64,000 nucleotides of DNA, from positions 252,900 through 316,899 of the forward strand of contig CAWBMV010000015.1 in assembly GCA_963789955.1 (NCBI GenBank), written 5' to 3'. The notes below the pieces were generated by a model. That model had not been told where the DNA came from. It saw nothing but the letters and a program-made list of their open reading frames with translations, and did no database searches. Below, in pieces: positions 60,532 through 64,000 of the stretch (the stretch's first letter is position 1; each line of letters starts with the position of its first letter). The translations under genes and the position numbers were made by a program. This stretch comes from an uncultured Candidatus Rokubacteria bacterium. GTDB taxonomy: Bacteria; Methylomirabilota; Methylomirabilia; Rokubacteriales; CSP1-6.

Positions 60532-61800
60532 CTATCCCTTCACTCCGGACGCGGCGACGTAGAGCCTCACCAGCGGTTTCATGGACAGGGCCTGGACCAA
60601 GATGGAGAACACGACCACGAAATAGGTCATGACCAGGAGGACATCGGCTTGCCGAGCGGGCAGGTGATCCCGAAGGACGAGCGCGAGAGCCACCGCGAGC
60701 CCTCCACGCAGACCGCCCCAGGTGAGGAGCTTCACGGTGTGAGGGGCCGGCGAGGTCACCGCGCGGACCAGCCGGATGGACAGCCCAGTAGCGACGAATC
60801 GAGCCAGGAGTGCCGCCGGGATGGCCAGGACGCCTGCCACGACGTACTCGCGACGAACCGTCAACGCGAGCACCTCGAGCCCGAGGAGAACGAAGAGGAG
60901 CGCGTTGAGGACTTCGTCGATGAGCTCCCAGAACGTGTCGAGATGCTGGCGCGTGCGATCGGACATCGCGAAGGCCCGGCCCTGATTGCCCACCAGTAGA
61001 CCCGCGGTGACCGTCGTGATGGCCGCCGACAGGCGCAGGTGCTCGGCCCACGCGTAGCCCGCCGTCACCAGGGCCAGGGAGATGAGGATCTCGACCTGAT
61101 AGTTGTCGATGCGCTTCAACATCACGTAAGCCAGCAGGCCCAGCAGGAGTCCCAGCGCGGCCCCGCCCAGCACTTCCCGGATAACGAGCACGAGCAGACC
61201 GAGCGCGAGACCACCGTCGTCCGGCATGGGTCGTCCGCCAAACTGGAGAAGGGCGACAAAGACGACCACGCCTACGCAGTCGTTGAAGAGCGACTCGCCG
61301 GCGATCTGTACTTCGAGGTGCCGCGGCGCCCCGAGCGACTTCAGCATGCCCAGGACCGCGATGGGATCGGTCGGAGAGATGAGGGCTCCGAAGAGCAGGC
61401 AATGAAACGGTGTCAGGCCGAGCCCCAGCCAGCGGGTGAACAGCCAGCAGAACCCCCCGACGATGACCGTCGACAGGAGGGTGCCGAGGACCGCCAGGAC
61501 CCCGATGCTGACCCGGTGCTCGCGCAGATCGCCGAACTCGATGTGGAGAGCCCCGGCGAAGAGCAGGAAGCCGAGCGCCCCGTGCAGCAGGAGCTGGTCG
61601 AAGTCGATGGCGGCGAGGAGGCGCTCGGCGTCCACCTTGATCGGCGGGTAGGCGAACGACAGGGCGATGAGCGCCAGGGACAGCGCGAGCCCCATGGCCA
61701 TGACGGCGACCGTGATGGGGAGCCGGACGTAGCGGTCGTTGACCCAGCCGAACGTCGCGGCGAGGACCATCAGCACCGCCAGCACGTCGAAGATCGCCAT
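60532..61800 (-). CDS. CPA1 family Na+(K+)/H+ antiporter (NhaP-like)
   Basis: LLFAGALH, GALISPTDPIAV, GESLFND, WGGLRG. Confidence 0.92.
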   Translation of the reverse strand: MAIFDVLAVLMVLAATFGWVNDRYVRLPITVAVMAMGLALSLALIALSFAYPPIKVDAERLLAAIDFDQLLLHGALGFLLFAGALHIEFGDLREHRVSIGVLAVLGTLLSTVIVGGFCWLFTRWLGLGLTPFHCLLFGALISPTDPIAVLGMLKSLGAPRHLEVQIAGESLFNDCVGVVVFVALLQFGGRPMPDDGGLALGLLVLVIREVLGGAALGLLLGLLAYVMLKRIDNYQVEILISLALVTAGYAWAEHLRLSAAITTVTAGLLVGNQGRAFAMSDRTRQHLDTFWELIDEVLNALLFVLLGLEVLALTVRREYVVAGVLAIPAALLARFVATGLSIRLVRAVTSPAPHTVKLLTWGGLRGGLAVALALVLRDHLPARQADVLLVMTYFVVVFSILVQALSMKPLVRLYVAASGVKG

Positions 61801-61957
61801 GACGCCTCGTCGAGCGAGGACAGTAGCACACGGGCGCTACCGATCCGGACGTGACCCACGCGCGCCACGACTGGATGCTGATGCGCGGCCTCGGGAACGG
61901 TCGAGTCGTCGGCGCCCTCAGCTGCATGCCAGTGTTACCCTCGGGCTGGGAATCGGC

Positions 61958-63253
61958 ATGGCCACCACGGATCGCATCAAGCCCGGGTCTCCCCGGTTCG
62001 TCAGCCTTCTCACCAAGAACACCTTCGGCCTGGTGCTGGCCGGGGGCCGCGGCTCACGCCTCAAGCACCTTACCGACTGGCGGGCCAAACCGGCCGTGCC
62101 CTTCGGGGGCAAGTTCCGGATCATCGACTTCGTGCTGTCGAACTGCGTGAACTCCGGCGTCCGGCAGATCGGGGTGGCCACCCAGTACAAGTCGCACAGC
62201 CTCATCCGCCACATCCAGCGGGGCTGGAGCTTCCTCTCCGGCCAGTTCCAGGAGTTCCTCGAGCTGCTGCCCGCCCAGCAGCGGCTCGAGGAGGTGTGGT
62301 ATCGGGGGACCGCCGATGCCGTGTGGCAGAACCTCGACATCCTGAGCGACAACAAACCTGACTTCGTCCTGATCCTGGCCGGTGACCACGTCTACAAGAT
62401 GGACTACGGCAGGATGCTGGCCGCCCACGTGGCCATGGGCGCCGACGTGACGGTGGCCTGCCTCGAGGTGCCTATCGCGGACGCCCGTGGCTTCGGGGTG
62501 ATCGGTGTCGACGAGCAGAGGCGGGTGGTGGAGTTTCAGGAGAAGCCGGAGCAACCGAAGAGCCTGCCCGGCACCCCCGACCGCGCCCTGGCCAGCATGG
62601 GCATCTATGCCTTCTCTACCGACGTTCTCTACCGCGAGCTGGCGCGGGACGCCGTGGATCCCGCGTCGAGCCACGACTTCGGCCGGGACGTGATTCCCTC
62701 TCTAGTCCCCCGCGTGCGCGTGGTCGCGCACTCCTTCGCGGAGAGCTGCGTCGACGTGAGGCACGGCGTTCCGTACTGGCGTGACGTGGGCACGCTCGAC
62801 GCCTACTGGGAAGCGAACATTGAGCTGACGCGGGTGACTCCGGACCTGAACCTCTACGACAAGGACTGGCCCATCTGGACGTACCAGGAGCAGCTACCCC
62901 CGGCCAAGTTCGTTTTCGACGAGGACGATCGGCGGGGCATGGCCGTGGACTCGCTCGTGTCAGGCGGCTGCGTGGTCAGCGGAGCGACGCTGCGCCGCAC
63001 CCTGCTCTTCTCCAACGTCACCGTGGAGAACTACAGCAGGCTGGAGGACTCCGTGATCCTGCCCGACGTCGTGGTGGGCCGCCACGTCCGCCTGCGCCGG
63101 GTGATCGTGGACAAGGGCGCCACTCTGCCCGACGGATTTCAAGCGGGTATCGACCCCGACGCGGACCGCGCGCGAGGCTTTCTTGTCACCGACGGTGGTA
63201 TCACCCTCATCACCCCCGACATGCTCGGCCAGCACATCCACGAGGTCCGCTGA
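61958..63253 (+). CDS. glgC: Glucose-1-phosphate adenylyltransferase
   Basis: LAGGRGSRL, RAKPAVPFGG, GTADAV, AGDHVYKMDY, ASMGIY, YWRDVG. Confidence 0.97.
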   Translation: MATTDRIKPGSPRFVSLLTKNTFGLVLAGGRGSRLKHLTDWRAKPAVPFGGKFRIIDFVLSNCVNSGVRQIGVATQYKSHSLIRHIQRGWSFLSGQFQEFLELLPAQQRLEEVWYRGTADAVWQNLDILSDNKPDFVLILAGDHVYKMDYGRMLAAHVAMGADVTVACLEVPIADARGFGVIGVDEQRRVVEFQEKPEQPKSLPGTPDRALASMGIYAFSTDVLYRELARDAVDPASSHDFGRDVIPSLVPRVRVVAHSFAESCVDVRHGVPYWRDVGTLDAYWEANIELTRVTPDLNLYDKDWPIWTYQEQLPPAKFVFDEDDRRGMAVDSLVSGGCVVSGATLRRTLLFSNVTVENYSRLEDSVILPDVVVGRHVRLRRVIVDKGATLPDGFQAGIDPDADRARGFLVTDGGITLITPDMLGQHIHEVR

Positions 63254-63483
63254 CGTTGTGGCGGGTCAGCCACCTCAACGTGATCACCGACGCGGCGGCG
63301 CGCGAGACGCTCGCTGATCAGCGGTTCCATCACACTGCGAAAGATTCCGACCAGCACCTGCTCGGTCATCAGGTGGGTGAGCAGCAGGGGTGTGTCACTA
63401 GCTGGCATCACGCTCGCGGAGGCGGGCGGGCCACTGACCGTCGGTAGCTCTGGAGGCGGCCGGGAGGTGGAAGGGAGCCCGAC

Positions 63484-63579
63484 ATGAACTTGGTGATATG
63501 GTTGCCCGCGATGTTCCTGGTAGGCCTCATCGGCATGGGGCTTTGTCTGGCATTCGTGATCGCGTGCGAGAAGATCTGA
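63484..63579 (+). CDS. 31-aa hydrophobic peptide upstream of kdpF
   Basis: SD GGGAG; MNLVIWLPAMFLVGLIGMGLCLAFVIACEKI. Confidence 0.7.
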   Translation: MNLVIWLPAMFLVGLIGMGLCLAFVIACEKI

Positions 63580-63583
63580 CGCC

Positions 63584-63664
63584 GTGATCTACGTCACGGT
63601 CGTCGTCACCGCGCTCGTCTTGATCTACCTGTTCGCCGCTCTTATTCGGCCGGAACGGTTCTAG
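63584..63664 (+). CDS. kdpF: K+-transporting ATPase subunit F
   Basis: MIYVTVVVTALVLIYLFAALIRPERF with the YL..AL.RPE.F signature. Confidence 0.92.
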   Translation: MIYVTVVVTALVLIYLFAALIRPERF

Positions 63665-63672
63665 GTCCTCCC

Positions 63673-64000
63673 ATGTGGTTTCTCCCTCTTCTGATCCTGG
63701 CGACCGCGATGGCTCTGTCGATTCCCTTGAGTCGCTATGCGGCCTTCGTCATGGAGGGCAAGTACGCGCCGCCGGGTGTGCTGCGCTGGTTCGAGCAGCG
63801 CCTCGACACCGGGCCTCAGGACTGGAAGCGATATACGGTCTCGTTGCTCGTCTTCAACATGGCGCTCTTCGCCTTCGGGTTCGTCGTCCTGGCCCTGCAA
63901 CCGCTCATGCCGTTGAACCCGCTCGGGCGGGGCATGCTGGCGCCGACCACGATCTTCCACAGCGTCATCTCGTTTATGACCAACACCGACCTCCAGCACT
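63673..64000 (+). CDS. kdpA: K+-transporting ATPase subunit A, partial
   Basis: Q.WK.Y...LL.FN, LQ..MPLNP, ISFMTNTDLQH. Confidence 0.93.
   Translation, partial: MWFLPLLILATAMALSIPLSRYAAFVMEGKYAPPGVLRWFEQRLDTGPQDWKRYTVSLLVFNMALFAFGFVVLALQPLMPLNPLGRGMLAPTTIFHSVISFMTNTDLQH

Noticed and set aside
57738..60632. Long antisense ORFs (964 aa here, also 21623..23560 and 18408..20207)
   Set aside because: Shadow frames of real genes in high-GC DNA, with no recognisable motifs.
63254..63483. c-di-AMP or cation riboswitch ahead of kdp
   Set aside because: Only short stems (CACCTG/CAGGTG) and no consensus I could match; an Infernal search is needed.

Overview
GC-rich bacterial chromosomal segment. The gene content (Liv-type ABC transporters, VOC/LLM enzymes, amidohydrolases, an ABC_sub_bind-type domain) resembles soil Ca. 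Rokubacteria/Methylomirabilota; this taxon call is inference only. Many genes are broken by single-base indels, often in homopolymers, which looks like unpolished long-read sequence, so I stitched genes across frames. Content in order: M20 peptidase; VOC, LLM monooxygenase and a UGA-containing peroxiredoxin-like selenoprotein; DUF2950/DUF3300/HdeD/MscS envelope genes; a Liv ABC set; orphan mreB; MarR-GNAT/EamA; amidohydrolase, GatC-like protein and amidase; a REC-PilZ-GAF histidine kinase; a small di-iron monooxygenase-alpha-like gene beside a 2-hydroxyacid dehydrogenase; a second Liv ABC set with a 3x63-bp structured repeat; a block with large MscS, lipase paralogs, a wHTH-AAA-TPR regulator and tandem arylsulfatases; SDR; patatin/PrpD/hydantoinase/carbamoylase; a sigma54-type DsrE/PhnD-like/pseudokinase-SBP unit; kdpE/kdpD/nhaP; glgC; and the start of kdpFA. 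No rRNA, tRNA, CRISPR array or transposase was recognised. Best leads: the minimal di-iron monooxygenase-like protein, the selenoprotein with a SECIS-like hairpin, the pseudokinase-solute-binding fusion, and the 63-bp repeat.
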